Below are positions 22,520 to 24,000 of a DNA stretch of 24,000 nucleotides, in pieces (positions within the stretch are counted from its first letter, which is position 1; the number at the start of each line of letters is the position of its first letter). The position numbers and the translations under genes are program-made. The stretch spans positions 1,489 to 25,488 of the forward strand of contig DATAAM010000223.1 in the NCBI GenBank assembly GCA_036260075.1, read 5' to 3'. This stretch comes from Acidimicrobiales bacterium. GTDB lineage: Bacteria > Actinomycetota > Acidimicrobiia > Acidimicrobiales > JAHWLA01. A model generated the notes under the pieces. The model saw only the letters and a list, made by a program, of their open reading frames with translations. It had not been told where the DNA came from and did not search any database.

Positions 22520-23707
22520 CTACAGGCGCTCGATGACGGTGGCGTTGGCCATGCCGCCGCCCTCGCACATCGTGAGCAGGCCGTAGCGGCCGCCGGTGCG
22601 CTCCAACTCGTTGAGCAGCGTGGCCAACAGCTTGGTGCCCGAGGCGCCCAGCGGGTGACCGAGCGCGATGGCGCCGCCGTTCACGTTGACCTTGGCCATG
22701 TCGGGGTGGAGCTCCTTCTCCCACGCCAGGACGACCGAGGCGAAGGCCTCGTTGATCTCGACCAGGTCGATGTCGTCCATCGACAGCTTGGCCCGCTCCA
22801 GCGCCTTCTCGGTGGCGGGGATGGGGCCGGTCAGCATGAAGATGGGGTCGACGCCCGCCAGCGCGAACGTGTGGAACCGGGCCCGCGGCTTGAGCCCCAG
22901 CTCGGCCGCCTTCTCCTCGCTCATGATCAGCGCGGCCGAGGCGCCGTCGGTGATCTGCGACGAGTTGCCCGCGGTGATCACGCCGTCGGGCTTGAAGGCG
23001 GGCTTGAGGTTGCCCAGCGTCTCCACCGTGGTGCCGGGGCGGATGCCCTCGTCGTGCTCCACCAGCGCGTCGCTCTCGATGACCTTGCCGGTCTCGCGGT
23101 CGAGCTTGCGCTCCCGCACCGGGACGATCTCGTTCTCGAAGCGGCCCTCGGCGTCGGCCTGCTCGGCCAGTGTCTGGCTGCGGGCGCCGTAGGCGTCGAC
23201 GTCCTCCCGGCTGAGGTTCCACTTCTCGGCGATGAGCTCGGCCGAGATGCCCTGCGGGACCAGGCCGCCGCGCTCGGCGTAGCGCTCCATGACCTTGGGG
23301 CCGAAGGGGATCGAGCCCGGCGTCACCGACGCGCCCATCGGGGTGGTGGTCATCACCTCGACGCCGCCGGCGACCACGATGTCGTAGGCGCCTGCGATGA
23401 CGCCTTGGGCCGCGAAGTGGGCCGACTGCTGCGACGAGCCGCACTGGCGGTCGACGGTGGTGGCGGGCACCGACTCGGGCCAGCCCGCGGCGAGCACGGC
23501 GTTGCGGCCGATGTTGATGCTCTGGTGGCCGACCTGCATGACGCAGCCCATGATCACGTCCTCGACGAGCGCGGGGTCGAGGTCGTTGCGCTCGGCGAGG
23601 GCCTTCAGCACCTCGCCGGCCAGGTCGGCCGGGTGCCAGCCCGACAGGCGTCCGTTGCGCTTGCCGCCCGCGGTGCGGATGGCGTCGACGATCACGGCGG
23701 TGGGCAT
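22520..23707 (-). CDS. Acetyl-CoA C-acetyltransferase (thiolase)
   Basis: ATG at 23707 with AGAGGAG upstream. VDRQCGSSQQ (active-site Cys), NEAFA, GGAIALGHPLGASG, CEGGGMA. Confidence 0.9.
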   Translation of the reverse strand: MPTAVIVDAIRTAGGKRNGRLSGWHPADLAGEVLKALAERNDLDPALVEDVIMGCVMQVGHQSINIGRNAVLAAGWPESVPATTVDRQCGSSQQSAHFAAQGVIAGAYDIVVAGGVEVMTTTPMGASVTPGSIPFGPKVMERYAERGGLVPQGISAELIAEKWNLSREDVDAYGARSQTLAEQADAEGRFENEIVPVRERKLDRETGKVIESDALVEHDEGIRPGTTVETLGNLKPAFKPDGVITAGNSSQITDGASAALIMSEEKAAELGLKPRARFHTFALAGVDPIFMLTGPIPATEKALERAKLSMDDIDLVEINEAFASVVLAWEKELHPDMAKVNVNGGAIALGHPLGASGTKLLATLLNELERTGGRYGLLTMCEGGGMANATVIERL

Positions 23708-23802
23708 CGCAGCTCCTCTTTCAGTTCTGGACCGGTCGGTCAAGTTTTCACCGGGGGCCGTGCTTGCTGCAACCCGGCGCCCGCCCGGTAGCTTCCCGGC
23801 CC

Positions 23803-24000
23803 ATGAAGGACATGGACCGGTGGCTGGGCGACGGGGGCATGGCGATCATCGCCGCCATCGGCGCCGCGTTCGGGTCGTACGGCGACGGCTGGGTGGAGGG
23901 GTCGTGGGAGCCCACCCCCCTCGCCTGCAACCCGCACGGCACCGTGCAGGCGGGCGTGCACGCCGTGGTGCTCGACGCCGCCATGAACTTCGCCATCAAC
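23803..24000 (+). CDS. PaaI/hotdog-fold thioesterase-like protein; 3' end cut by the window edge
   Basis: The ORF is open from the ATG at 23803 to the window end. NPHGTVQAGVHAVVLDAAMNFA matches the NPxGxxHGG...LxDxA pattern of PaaI-type thioesterases. Confidence 0.5.
   Translation, partial: MKDMDRWLGDGGMAIIAAIGAAFGSYGDGWVEGSWEPTPLACNPHGTVQAGVHAVVLDAAMNFAIN

Overview
This is a high-G+C actinobacterial chromosome segment, and its right half matches the conserved oriC-proximal cell-division cluster known from Mycobacterium and Streptomyces. Left flank (1-5343): larB (cut by the window edge) and larC for nickel-pincer cofactor synthesis. These are followed by a convergent minus-strand pair, an orphan multi-TM histidine kinase and a secreted hypothetical protein, and then a PyrE-like phosphoribosyltransferase (PRTase). 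Centre (5344-12640): a 7,297-bp block of visibly lower G+C. It is bounded by terminal inverted repeats (12 bp perfect, 16/18 extended) and a 5-bp direct repeat (GCGGT). It is inserted exactly at the 3' end of a minus-strand tRNA-Leu(CAG). It carries an IS4-superfamily-like DDE transposase, a frameshifted tyrosine recombinase, an Xis-like HTH, several RHH/HTH small proteins, and a cargo operon in its most A+T-rich part. That cargo is the most interesting item in the window: a soluble OPRT-like PRTase, a small overlapping acidic protein and a 2TM-anchored OPRT-like protein with eroded catalytic motifs, plus a divergent wHTH regulator and a palindrome-rich operator. I do not recognise this architecture as any described system, and I propose it as a candidate defence or addiction module. 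Right flank (12645-24000): tRNA-Leu, fhaA, fhaB, pstP, rodA, pbpA and pknB (4 PASTA repeats, no pknA). Next comes a degenerate Doc/Fic-like gene with an RHH gene wedged between pknB and trpG, then a DUF881 gene, crgA, a small Zn-ribbon membrane protein, a thiolase and a truncated PaaI-like thioesterase. No rRNA, CRISPR array or reverse transcriptase was seen. Many long ORFs in the track are antisense or off-frame artefacts of the high G+C content.
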